From positions 30,152 to 94,151 of the IMG/VR virus record IMGVR_UViG_3300020198_000006: a stretch of DNA of 64,000 nt. One strand, given 5' to 3'. Below, in pieces: positions 28,699 through 37,632 of this stretch. Position 1 is the stretch's first letter; every line of letters starts with the position of its first letter. The notes under the pieces were generated by a model that was not told the DNA's origin, made no database searches, and saw only the letters and a list, made by a program, of their open reading frames with translations. The stretch comes from a virus. Position numbers and translations under genes: made by a program.

Positions 28699-29359
28699 TC
28701 CTGTAAGTGTTGTTATATCAACCAGAGCCATAGATGAGGTTCACATGAATAAGGTGAAAAAAAGTTTTTCTCACCCTAAAACAGAGATGTTAATTTATGT
28801 AAATAACGGGGATTACTCACTCCCTCAGTTATACAATAAAGGTTTGAGTGAATCAAAACATGACATTGTTGTTTTCATGCACGATGATGTTATTTTTGAA
28901 ACCACCAACATAACGGGTAAACTAAACAAATTATTTAAAAATCATCCTGAACACGGAATTATTGGTTTAGCGGGTACCGATACGTTGGTGACAGGTAAAT
29001 GGTGGGAAAGAACCGACAAAACATATGGTCAGGTTAAACACGAATACAACGGTAGAGTACATAGGAACAATTTTTCAGGAACCTTTGGTGATAGTCTTAA
29101 AGACGTTGTCGCGGTTGATGGTTTATTCATTGCAGTTCACAAACAAAGAATAAAAGAAAAATTTGATGAGGAGTTTCCCGGATTCCATTTTTACGATATA
29201 CCATTCTGCGTTGCTAACTACACAAAAGGTGTTAAAGTCGGTGTAACAACCAAGATTTTAGTTATCCATAAATCAGTAGGTATGTTGAATAAAAAATGGG
29301 AAAAGAACAAATTGTTCTTTGAAGCCAAATATGGTAATTTACTCCCACTAAAAACATAG
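28682..29359 (+). CDS. GT-A fold glycosyltransferase (GT2-like)
   Basis: 'YNKGL', 'VFMHDDV', 'VDGLFIA', 'FDE..GFHFYD'. Confidence 0.8.
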   Translation: MSKIISPVSVVISTRAIDEVHMNKVKKSFSHPKTEMLIYVNNGDYSLPQLYNKGLSESKHDIVVFMHDDVIFETTNITGKLNKLFKNHPEHGIIGLAGTDTLVTGKWWERTDKTYGQVKHEYNGRVHRNNFSGTFGDSLKDVVAVDGLFIAVHKQRIKEKFDEEFPGFHFYDIPFCVANYTKGVKVGVTTKILVIHKSVGMLNKKWEKNKLFFEAKYGNLLPLKT

Positions 29360-29408
29360 TAGTTTTTTCAAATAATAGAAATATTTATTTATATAAAAAC
29401 TATATTAT

Positions 29409-29603
29409 ATGGTAACAATTATTGTAGTATTACTAATTTCAGCTGGAGTAGTATACTTACTAGTTAAGAGTGGTAAACTTAAAGATGACAACGGCAATAA
29501 CATACCTAATGTTGTTGAGAAACCAGTGGTTGATGTCGTTGAAAAAGTTAAAAAAACAGCAAAAAAAGTAACCGCTAAAAAATTAGAAAAAAAAACTAAA
29601 TAA
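29409..29603 (+). CDS. Small membrane protein with basic tail
   Basis: N-terminal TM helix, 'KDDNGNNIP', Lys-rich C-terminus. Confidence 0.6.
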   Translation: MVTIIVVLLISAGVVYLLVKSGKLKDDNGNNIPNVVEKPVVDVVEKVKKTAKKVTAKKLEKKTK

Positions 29604-29636
29604 CTTTTTTATCAATCAATATATTGTGGGTTAAAA

Positions 29637-29668
29637 TTTGTTTTTTAACCCTTTTTTATCTATGTTTG
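29637..29668 (+). promoter_or_regulatory. Bacteroidota sigma70 promoter for tmRNA
   Basis: TTTG (29637-29640), 20-nt spacer, TATGTTTG (29661-29668). A TATTTAT follows as well. Confidence 0.7.
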
Positions 29669-29685
29669 TATTCTATTTATCATAT

Positions 29686-30080
29686 GGGGGTGACAGGCAT
29701 TGATTGGCGTTGATATGGTAAATGGGCACGTAGTCGGATGTCATCTACGACTTAAATCTATGGTGGTAGTTTTTAAACGGCAACGTTTATAACAACATGG
29801 AAGTAGCAGGTCTTCTTGCAACTTCTAAAGTAGCGGCCTAACCAAGTTAGGTTCTACAACGGGTCGACGGACATATAACCCAGGAACAGAAGTCCTTACG
29901 GTGTAACACCACCTCAGAGTGTTGGAGCAAACTTGACGGCTCTTGAAAATCCGGTTATGAACAGGTTTGTTAATAGCTCTGAAAGAAATTAACTATTTGT
30001 TGGTTATGAATAATCAAATAAACGTGTAGTCCATTTATGATATTGCGAACAAGACGCGGGTTCGAATCCCGCCATCTCCA
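29686..30080 (+). ncRNA. ssrA: tmRNA, predicted tag (A)GNVYNNMEVAGLLATSKVAA at 29779-29841
   Basis: Acceptor gggggtg/catctcc with G3-U, T-arm gcggg-ttcgaat-cccgc, tag ORF ending in AA-stop, terminator after. Confidence 0.93.
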
Positions 30081-30086
30081 CAAAAA

Positions 30087-30112
30087 GAAACCCACCTATT
30101 GGTGGGTTTTTT
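30087..30112 (+). terminator. Terminator after tmRNA
   Basis: aaacccacc-tatt-ggtgggttt followed by a T-run. Confidence 0.85.
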
Positions 30113-30134
30113 ATTTTAAACCTATGGTATCTTA

Positions 30135-30240
30135 TAAACGAGCAAAGAGGTCAATTAAGACCCCTTTGCCTAGATGTTGGATACCCCCTTTCGTTTTTTA
30201 GTTTAGTTATCATCTATTGGCGACCAAACCAATAGAGTCT
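30135..30240 (-). ncRNA. Candidate small late RNA (sRNA-B) with an extended Shine-Dalgarno-like tract
   Basis: TATTTAT on the minus strand at 30245-30251, 5' hairpin cuauugg/ccaauag, central GAAAGGGGGUAUCCA, 3' hairpin at 30142-30169. Confidence 0.45.
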
Positions 30241-30266
30241 ACTAATAAATATCAAGAAAGTATCGA

Positions 30267-31220
30267 TTAAGTATATAACCTGGCTAATAATTTTAGACCT
30301 GCTAATGTTAGTACTCCACCCACCAAACCACCCCCTCCATCCAAAAGTCCACCACCTTCCCTACCTTGAGGTTGTCCTTGGACTGGGACGGGATTCTGAG
30401 CAATGTATGAACTCATTTGTGGGTTATCAGCTACTTTTTCTTCTCTAAACTTCTTATCATTTGTCATTTTATCTTCAAGAGCTGATAATGATGGTAACCC
30501 AAAAGTTGACAATAAGTTATTGGCCATGATAAATTTTCTAAATGAGTTTCTTCTATCTTGTCTTGACCAATACCGAAACCACCAATCTTTTACAAGCTCA
30601 CCCGGATTGATACCCTTTCTAGCTGCGTATCTTGTCAATCTTTCACCCTGATAAAAACCTTTAAGTCCTGACCTAAATGATGTTGGTGAAGTAAATGCCG
30701 ATTTTAATGCTCCTATAGGTTTTATTTTGGTTACCGAACTGGTAACAGATTTTGACAATCCTGCGAGACCTTCTTTAAGTCCCGATGCCCATGAAGATTT
30801 TACACCACCTAATTTTTTTATTGTAGTTTGTACACCAGGATGATTCACATATTTTAATGCTTTTTGTAATTCGGCGCCTAATTTTGGATTAGACGCAATC
30901 ACTCTCGCTAAATCATCACCACTTCTATAAATACCTTTACCAAAGGCTTGTAAAGCTTTAATCAATGGTTTAACTGTAATATCCCCAATAACAGGTACAA
31001 GAGCAATTAACATAAGTGCAGCATATAATTTCTCACCTTTTATCAGATAATAAATAATTAAGCCAATATCAGCAATTTCACCAATTACGGGAACAAAACC
31101 CGCCGCCATGAGAAGAGGCTCCACGTAGCGGGCGATGAACGCTAAAATAGCAGCTCCAACGACACCCTCATTGAGTTGTTCTTTTTTATATTCTAATATC
31201 TGTTTTTTTGTTAGTTCCAT
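30267..31220 (-). CDS. Membrane-type virion protein with a pre-toxin-TG-like helical hairpin
   Basis: 'AGFVPVIGEIAD...GEKLYAALMLIALVPVIGD', leader ending 'LNE'. Confidence 0.55.
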   Translation of the reverse strand: MELTKKQILEYKKEQLNEGVVGAAILAFIARYVEPLLMAAGFVPVIGEIADIGLIIYYLIKGEKLYAALMLIALVPVIGDITVKPLIKALQAFGKGIYRSGDDLARVIASNPKLGAELQKALKYVNHPGVQTTIKKLGGVKSSWASGLKEGLAGLSKSVTSSVTKIKPIGALKSAFTSPTSFRSGLKGFYQGERLTRYAARKGINPGELVKDWWFRYWSRQDRRNSFRKFIMANNLLSTFGLPSLSALEDKMTNDKKFREEKVADNPQMSSYIAQNPVPVQGQPQGREGGGLLDGGGGLVGGVLTLAGLKLLARLYT

Positions 31221-31807
31221 TAGTGTATGAATTTACAAACTTTGTCTGATATGGTCTCACCAATATTAGAATCTTTTATTACTTCACCTAAAATGTTTCC
31301 TGCAACTGTTGACGTTATGGGTCTAAACCCAATACTATAATCATCTCTATCAGAACCGATTTCACCCGCCGCAATATATCTTAACATAACAGTTAAAAGA
31401 CCATCAATTAATCGCGGCATACCTTCTTTAGACATACATGTCTCCATACTTTTAAATGGTTTTAATAAATGTAATGGATTGTAACTCGCAAAAAATTGTG
31501 CGGCGGTTGTTGAAAACCCGGCACCCGCCCCAAATACTTCTCTTAGAATAAATCTGATTATATATTCTTTTGCGGAGTTAATTGCGGCGTCTCCCATTAC
31601 CGATTTCCAATCCAATTTCTCCAATTGACCCCTTACATCAATTTCTTCAATTGTGTAACCCTCTTCAATAAGTTTAGATGAAATAGAAAAGATTCGCTCA
31701 ACTCTGAACGAATCGTCTCTAATATCTTCTACTTCAGAAAACGCCTCCTCGAGTTTTTTTTTACGTTCCTCAAGGAGTGTTTTTTTTATCTTGGTTTTTA
31801 ATTCCAT
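31220..31807 (-). CDS. Hypothetical late protein
   Basis: 195 aa, leader 'IKKTLLEE'. Confidence 0.5.
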   Translation of the reverse strand: MELKTKIKKTLLEERKKKLEEAFSEVEDIRDDSFRVERIFSISSKLIEEGYTIEEIDVRGQLEKLDWKSVMGDAAINSAKEYIIRFILREVFGAGAGFSTTAAQFFASYNPLHLLKPFKSMETCMSKEGMPRLIDGLLTVMLRYIAAGEIGSDRDDYSIGFRPITSTVAGNILGEVIKDSNIGETISDKVCKFIH

Positions 31808-31809
31808 TT

Positions 31810-33693
31810 TTACTTAATTGGTTCTTGGGTAAGACCCGTAGGTTCATTTGTATCCTCTTCGTTATTTCTTTTAAACACTATCTTATCACCTTTTTTATAA
31901 TCCTTAACTAATCTAGAAAGCCTATATCCCGTTTTTTTCATATGCTCTTCAAGTTTTGCTATTTCTTCTTTTGATAAGTCTGGTCCTTTATAAACAATTC
32001 GTCTACCTTTAAGTCTTCCAACCAACGTTTTATTTCTAACTAATCTAGTATAAACATCTGAAGGTGATTCACCTGTCACTGTTGTGGTTGTACCTGTAGT
32101 AGTTGTACCTGTAGTAGTTGTACCTGTGGTTGGACCTGTTGTACCTGTGGTTGGACCTGTTGTACCCGTAATAGTTGTACCTGTGGTTGGACCTGTTGTA
32201 CCTGTGGTTGGTGCGGGTTCACAATCCTTTATAATTAAGTTGTAGACATCTTCAGATAATCCGGTGGTAAAAAGGTGAATCGACGTTTTATTTCTTCTTG
32301 ACCACGCCTCTAAAGCCTCTCTAGTTCTATTACCAAGGTTACCTGTTTGGTATTTTTCTTCCATACCTAAACACTTCTGTACTTTCTTTATTTTTTCATT
32401 TTTACATCCAAAGAAAAATGGGAAAGAATCACACTCCTTATAGGTAATTGGTGGTTTTATGGGGTCAAGTGGTTTAGGTGGTACAACAGGCACTGGTTTC
32501 TTGTTATCCCAAGTAATAACAATATTTTGTTCTTTTAATAAACCTTCAGATACTTGTTCTGCACCTGCAAGTCCACCACCTACAACGGCAGCAACACCGC
32601 CATCAGATGTACAAGCCCATGTACCTGACATCGCGTTGTCCATAGTCCAAACTCTTTGATTGGGATAGAATTTAAGACCTCCGTGACCTTTTGATTCCTC
32701 ATCAAATTCATTTGTGGTATAAATCATCGGGTCGCCGTTACTTGTAACTCCCCATTCCATACCTTCTAAATTTACAACACAATCGGCCATTACCACTGGT
32801 TCTGGTTCACTATCACCAAATAAGCTTTTTAATATTTCATAAGTACCCCAACCAGCCAATCCATAAAGAATCATATTTTTCCAATTCAATTTTCCTCTTA
32901 TATTCCTTAATTTGTCAAATGATTTGTACCTCTTTATTTTATTAGTGATATTACTAACGGCAGCTTTCAATTTAGCGGGCACTCCTTGAGCTGTTTTTAA
33001 TTTATTTACTTGATTGGCGGCATCTGCAGCGGTTGCAGCATTTGTCTCAAGCCGCTTTACTTCTGGCGCAGCACCTCTTAAAGTTTTTGCTTTATTTAAA
33101 GTTTTTGCTTTATCTGCTGCAACTTGAACCGCTTTTTTAGTACCAACTGCACCACCCTGAGCAGCAGACTTTAACATATCATCAGCAGCTTTACCTTCGA
33201 TACCCCATTGAGCCATTGTCTTTTTAGCCAATTCTAATTTTCTTGGGTCCGCAGGGTTCAACGTACCCTTAGGATATACTTGCTTTGCAATTTCAACGAA
33301 TTTTGGTTCTGCTTGTAAGAAACCCTTTACCCTCTTTGTAAGTTCTGCACTGTTTTTAATTACCATTTTAACTAAATTAGCAGATTCAACTGCAGTTAAT
33401 TTATTTGTATTAATTGCTCTGATAAACTCCTCCGCGGTTTTATACTTGCCGCCGGTTATTTTGCTTAATTCTTGCCATAAAGCCTTTTCTTTTTTAGCTG
33501 CCATACCCAATGATAACGCAATATCCCTGCCCACTTGCGTTACTCGGGATTCATTTACAGGTTGTTCTGTTTCATCGACAGGAATTTCGGGTTGTGATTT
33601 CTCATTTTCATTTAAAGAAATTTCATTCTTTGGTTTAAATGACTCAACCAAATTGATGTACTTTCTTATTAGTTTTGCGTCTTTGTTTTCCAT
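31810..33693 (-). CDS. Large Ala/Lys-rich virion protein with a TM segment and Thr-Gly repeats
   Basis: 627 aa, PG-binding-like 'IKKVQKCLG...TGNLGNRTREAL', PTTGTTG repeats. Confidence 0.55.
   Translation of the reverse strand: MENKDAKLIRKYINLVESFKPKNEISLNENEKSQPEIPVDETEQPVNESRVTQVGRDIALSLGMAAKKEKALWQELSKITGGKYKTAEEFIRAINTNKLTAVESANLVKMVIKNSAELTKRVKGFLQAEPKFVEIAKQVYPKGTLNPADPRKLELAKKTMAQWGIEGKAADDMLKSAAQGGAVGTKKAVQVAADKAKTLNKAKTLRGAAPEVKRLETNAATAADAANQVNKLKTAQGVPAKLKAAVSNITNKIKRYKSFDKLRNIRGKLNWKNMILYGLAGWGTYEILKSLFGDSEPEPVVMADCVVNLEGMEWGVTSNGDPMIYTTNEFDEESKGHGGLKFYPNQRVWTMDNAMSGTWACTSDGGVAAVVGGGLAGAEQVSEGLLKEQNIVITWDNKKPVPVVPPKPLDPIKPPITYKECDSFPFFFGCKNEKIKKVQKCLGMEEKYQTGNLGNRTREALEAWSRRNKTSIHLFTTGLSEDVYNLIIKDCEPAPTTGTTGPTTGTTITGTTGPTTGTTGPTTGTTTTGTTTTGTTTTVTGESPSDVYTRLVRNKTLVGRLKGRRIVYKGPDLSKEEIAKLEEHMKKTGYRLSRLVKDYKKGDKIVFKRNNEEDTNEPTGLTQEPIK
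32075..32212 (-). repeat. Tandem Thr/Gly coding repeat (PTTGTTG, TTTGT)
   Basis: Repeated gtacctgtggttggacctgtt and gtacctgtagtagtt units. Confidence 0.9.
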
Positions 33694-33728
33694 TTTTTTT
33701 ATTTTTATTTATTGTTATAGGTTTATAA

Positions 33729-35081
33729 TTAGTTGTTCGGTAAGCCCCTTGTAATTCTAAAAGTTGTCATAGTATTATCTAATGCACTGAATTGTGATTG
33801 TAAAGCATCCATTTCTGTTGATACCGCTCCTTTTACCATATCGTCGTTTGATGCAATTTGATTAATTGCTTGGTTTACAGCGTCACTATTTTTAGCGGCT
33901 TTCCAGTCTACATAAGCGTCGACCCCATGTTCAATTCCTTTTAATGCTCCGTGAGTGGCTAAACCCCATGTGGTACCTTTAATTGCCGCCTTTTTAATTA
34001 ATGCTGGGTTTTTAATTGCCGCCTTAGCGGGATTTATAATGTCAGTTTTAATACCTTGTTTTAAAGTTCCACGAATACCTTGTTTACCAGCACCCGCCAC
34101 AGCGGTTGAACCACCCTTTAAAAAGTTATTTAAACCATCAAAAACTTGAGCAATTTTAGATTTAGCAACACTAACCATTTGTTGAATCTTAGGTCCCCCA
34201 ACATTTTTAGCTAACCATTCAATTGGTTTTAAAATTGCATTTGCAATGAAATTTAAACCCTTACCTAATAGTTGAACAATAGTTTTGATTACTGGGAGTT
34301 TTAATAATTTAGCAGTGCTCTTACCAGCCGCTTGTATTCCCTTTTTTAATGCCAGCGCAGCTCCACCTGTTAAAACTAAACCAACAAGACAAATCGCAAT
34401 ATCGACGTATGACCATATATCATTAGCTATTTTTCCCGTAAATAATTGGTATATCTTCCAAACACCTAACGCTCCCCATATAATTGCAGTTGCAATTTTA
34501 CCAACACCAATCACGTTAAGAGCCACGTCAATACCAATACCAAAAGGAGAGAGAAGAAAGGATTCTAATTTAGAAAAAAACCACGGAAGACCTTTATTTA
34601 AAATCCATGCTCCCGCTTGTTTAAGTTTATCACCAACCCATTTAACGGCTTGTTTTCCTTTACTAAGAACCCACTCACCACCTTTTTTTACGGAGTCCCA
34701 TGTGTCACTCAACCAACTCTCCATTAATTCTTGTGTTACGGGAATCACACCAAGAATTTTGGTTTTTACAAAATCCCAAGATTCCTCTATAATTCTACCT
34801 GTTGTGTAATTAATCAAATTCATACCATATCTAACTTCATATTCCAAAACTAAGTCTCTGTCAAATTCAATTAATGGGTATATTAATTGTTTCATTTTAC
34901 TGAACAATTCATTTGATTCCATTAATTTGTTTTTGTATGTATAGCTAAACTGATTTTTAAACATTTCACATATAACAGCGGGATGAGCATGCTCAATGTC
35001 AAATTTTAAACCTGTATGGGTATCCCATATGATGGTTTCTATTTGTAAGTATCTATTGTCTTTGGTAATATTGAATCCCAT
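33729..35081 (-). CDS. Multi-TM, tape-measure-like (W-periodic) virion protein
   Basis: 'WLSDTWDSVKKGGEWV..AVKWVGD..AGAWI' followed by hydrophobic helices. Confidence 0.5.
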   Translation of the reverse strand: MGFNITKDNRYLQIETIIWDTHTGLKFDIEHAHPAVICEMFKNQFSYTYKNKLMESNELFSKMKQLIYPLIEFDRDLVLEYEVRYGMNLINYTTGRIIEESWDFVKTKILGVIPVTQELMESWLSDTWDSVKKGGEWVLSKGKQAVKWVGDKLKQAGAWILNKGLPWFFSKLESFLLSPFGIGIDVALNVIGVGKIATAIIWGALGVWKIYQLFTGKIANDIWSYVDIAICLVGLVLTGGAALALKKGIQAAGKSTAKLLKLPVIKTIVQLLGKGLNFIANAILKPIEWLAKNVGGPKIQQMVSVAKSKIAQVFDGLNNFLKGGSTAVAGAGKQGIRGTLKQGIKTDIINPAKAAIKNPALIKKAAIKGTTWGLATHGALKGIEHGVDAYVDWKAAKNSDAVNQAINQIASNDDMVKGAVSTEMDALQSQFSALDNTMTTFRITRGLPNN

Positions 35082-35122
35082 TTTTTTTTGTGTTTACTAT
35101 ATAAATATTTCGGATTTTGTAT

Positions 35123-35368
35123 TTATTTCAAAGGATTTGCTTTTCCTCTTTTTAAAGTATTACCGACGACATCGGACCATTTAGTTACTCCAACCTGATT
35201 TGCGGGTCCTCTGGTAACACCCGACTCCCACTTTCCAACCTCTGGATATCCTTGTTTGGCGCCTGTAGAGCCCGTACCAGCAGTTGATGCCCCGGCTCCT
35301 GTAACAGATTGTTCCTCAACATCACCAATCAAAAGTTTATATTGTTTTTCTGATATTACAATTTTCAT
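35123..35368 (-). CDS. Small late protein with MKIVISEKQ leader
   Basis: Leader plus repeated 'KWESGVTRGPANQ / KWS...KRGKANPL'. Confidence 0.6.
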   Translation of the reverse strand: MKIVISEKQYKLLIGDVEEQSVTGAGASTAGTGSTGAKQGYPEVGKWESGVTRGPANQVGVTKWSDVVGNTLKRGKANPLK

Positions 35369-35452
35369 ATTACTATAAATACCAAAAAAAATCTTTAAAA
35401 TATATTTGGTATATTCAAAAATATACCTAATTTAGCCCATAAATTCAATCTT

Positions 35453-36010
35453 ATGAGAGTTATTTTAGGTTTATTATTGATATTACTTTTCGCGGGATGT
35501 GAAAAGTATGAAAGCCCATCATACCCACAAATAAGTGGTCGATGGGTGGTGGATGGTGTAACCTTTCCTAATTTGGGTAATGGTTCTCAAATCATATTAT
35601 CGGATACTGTTATTCTATCCAATAGAGTGTTGAGTTATATTGATAGTAATGGTGTTGGTTTATTCATTCAAAATTGGAACGACAAATATATTCCATGGTT
35701 TGATAAGTTTATTGTTGGTGAAACTGTTTGGGAATTTGAAACTAATATTGTTGGGACACCCGCACCTACAAATTCGGGTACGAGAGGATATTCTAATTGG
35801 AATTATTATTCCTTATCCCCCGATTTATATGATAGGGATTATTGGAGTAAGCTAACCATCCACTCTAGTAGGGTGAGAAATCTTAATATCACTCAGTATG
35901 GGTTACAGACCATGACATTAACATTCCCAAAAGTGTGGACAATGTACCGTTATAATGGTCAAACTTATTTTTTGGAGGAATCTATTCGATTAGTGTTAAA
36001 ACGTCAATAA
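35453..36010 (+). CDS. Lipoprotein (lipocalin-like)
   Basis: Lipobox 'FAGC', 'ISGRWVV'. Confidence 0.65.
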   Translation: MRVILGLLLILLFAGCEKYESPSYPQISGRWVVDGVTFPNLGNGSQIILSDTVILSNRVLSYIDSNGVGLFIQNWNDKYIPWFDKFIVGETVWEFETNIVGTPAPTNSGTRGYSNWNYYSLSPDLYDRDYWSKLTIHSSRVRNLNITQYGLQTMTLTFPKVWTMYRYNGQTYFLEESIRLVLKRQ

Positions 36011-36382
36011 TTATTCATCATATATGGTCTCATCCATTTTTGAGAATATTTTGATGTATTGACCAGCCCTTGCATTTGCTTCATCCTCGATTTCTCCACC
36101 AATATCAGGTGGTTGTACCTTTAATCTACCCTGTTCAAATTGTTTGTGGTGTACCATTTCATGAGCAATACTTCTCATAACATCTACCATGGCTCTATTT
36201 TTAGCATTGACTCTAATTACTTTATTTTCTTTTGTATAGTCGTAATTGGCTGTAGTTTTTAGATTACCCTTACCATTTTGCAATACAATAGTTGGACACT
36301 TTTCTAAATCAAGTTCCTTTTTTACAAACTTTACAAACTCTGTAATCCTATCTTTTTTGCCCTTTCCTAAAAATTCCATCAT
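36011..36382 (-). CDS. HExxH zincin-like protein
   Basis: 'RSIAHEMVHHKQ...EIEDEANA'. Confidence 0.7.
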   Translation of the reverse strand: MMEFLGKGKKDRITEFVKFVKKELDLEKCPTIVLQNGKGNLKTTANYDYTKENKVIRVNAKNRAMVDVMRSIAHEMVHHKQFEQGRLKVQPPDIGGEIEDEANARAGQYIKIFSKMDETIYDE

Positions 36383-36440
36383 TTATAAATATCCCGACTT
36401 AATATATACAACTTATTGTTTTTTCAATATAATTAACAGT

Positions 36441-36770
36441 ATGATGGATTGGTATGTCATTCAATATTTGTACCCAAGCGCTATGAGACGATTCTGTGAA
36501 AGAATGTTCCCAAACCTAGGTGTGCCATGTGTATCTGTACTTGAATTTTATGACATTAAAAAATTATATCACTTTTTTGACAAACAAGGGGTATTCTTAA
36601 CAGTTGAAATGTATGCTAAAGATATGTGGATATATACTATTTCTTTGGATGGTGGTAGGGTAATCTCGTCAACCAATCAATCAAAAAGTAAAAGAGAAGA
36701 TATTGAAACAGAAGGTTTTGAAGAGTGTTTTAGACTACTTGATAATAGAATAAAACGTGGATATAAGTAA
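36441..36770 (+). CDS. Hypothetical protein
   Basis: ORF starting MMDWY after a host-type promoter-like region. Confidence 0.5.
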   Translation: MMDWYVIQYLYPSAMRRFCERMFPNLGVPCVSVLEFYDIKKLYHFFDKQGVFLTVEMYAKDMWIYTISLDGGRVISSTNQSKSKREDIETEGFEECFRLLDNRIKRGYK

Positions 36771-37072
36771 TGGAGGAGAATTTTTTATTTTTATTACAAT
36801 CTGCCAAGCTAATAAAATCGGGTCATTATAATGAAAAGGACATTGAATTTATAAATGAATTAGTTTTAAGTATTGACAATAACATTTTAAATGGTTATAA
36901 TAAATCAACAAGTTTAATAATTTTAGGTAATGATTTAGATTTTTATATTAAATTATTAAATTTTTTAATAAAACATTATGAGAGTGTAGAAGATTACGAA
37001 AAGTGTCAAATCCTAAAGAACAAATTAGATGAGTCATTAAAAATTAAAAAAGAAAAAAATGAGTATACTTAA
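36770..37072 (+). CDS. Hypothetical protein (UVR-like C-terminus)
   Basis: 'HYESVEDYEKCQILK'. Confidence 0.5.
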   Translation: MEENFLFLLQSAKLIKSGHYNEKDIEFINELVLSIDNNILNGYNKSTSLIILGNDLDFYIKLLNFLIKHYESVEDYEKCQILKNKLDESLKIKKEKNEYT

Positions 37073-37331
37073 AATGTCCGATGAGGAAAAAAAGAAAATC
37101 TTGGATAAACACAAGGAATCAATCAAGAACCAAAAAATAAAAAAAGAGGACTTAAAGAAGGGTTTGCAATCACCCAAAAAAGAAGACGAAAAAAAACCTA
37201 ATCAATAATGATTAGGTTTTGTATTTGAATATAAATCCCTTTGCTTTTTTAAATTTTCCATTACAACATCCTGAGATATATGTCTTATGTATATTTAATA
37301 TCTGACATGCATCCTTACCGTATGGTTTAAA

Positions 37332-37550
37332 TTATTTACTTAAACGTTTGCGTAATAAAAAATAAGAAGTAAAAAATAGACCCGATATGAAATACATAAT
37401 AATATTGGCTTTCCAAATATTTCCGGTTATCAATATTAAAGTATACTGCACAACATCGAACCCAAAGGGGAGAAAGAACATCGCCAACATTAGAGATGTA
37501 TCTCTGTAAAGGGGTAACCTTTTTTCCTTGTCTTTCAATTTTACTATCAC
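37332..37550 (-). CDS. Small membrane protein
   Basis: Two hydrophobic segments. Confidence 0.5.
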   Translation of the reverse strand: MIVKLKDKEKRLPLYRDTSLMLAMFFLPFGFDVVQYTLILITGNIWKANIIMYFISGLFFTSYFLLRKRLSK

Positions 37551-37632
37551 CGTCGGGGTCCATGTATTATTATTAGTCAGTTTATGGGTCTTACCAAAAT
37601 CCTATTTCGGTATCCTTATCTCTTTATAAATA

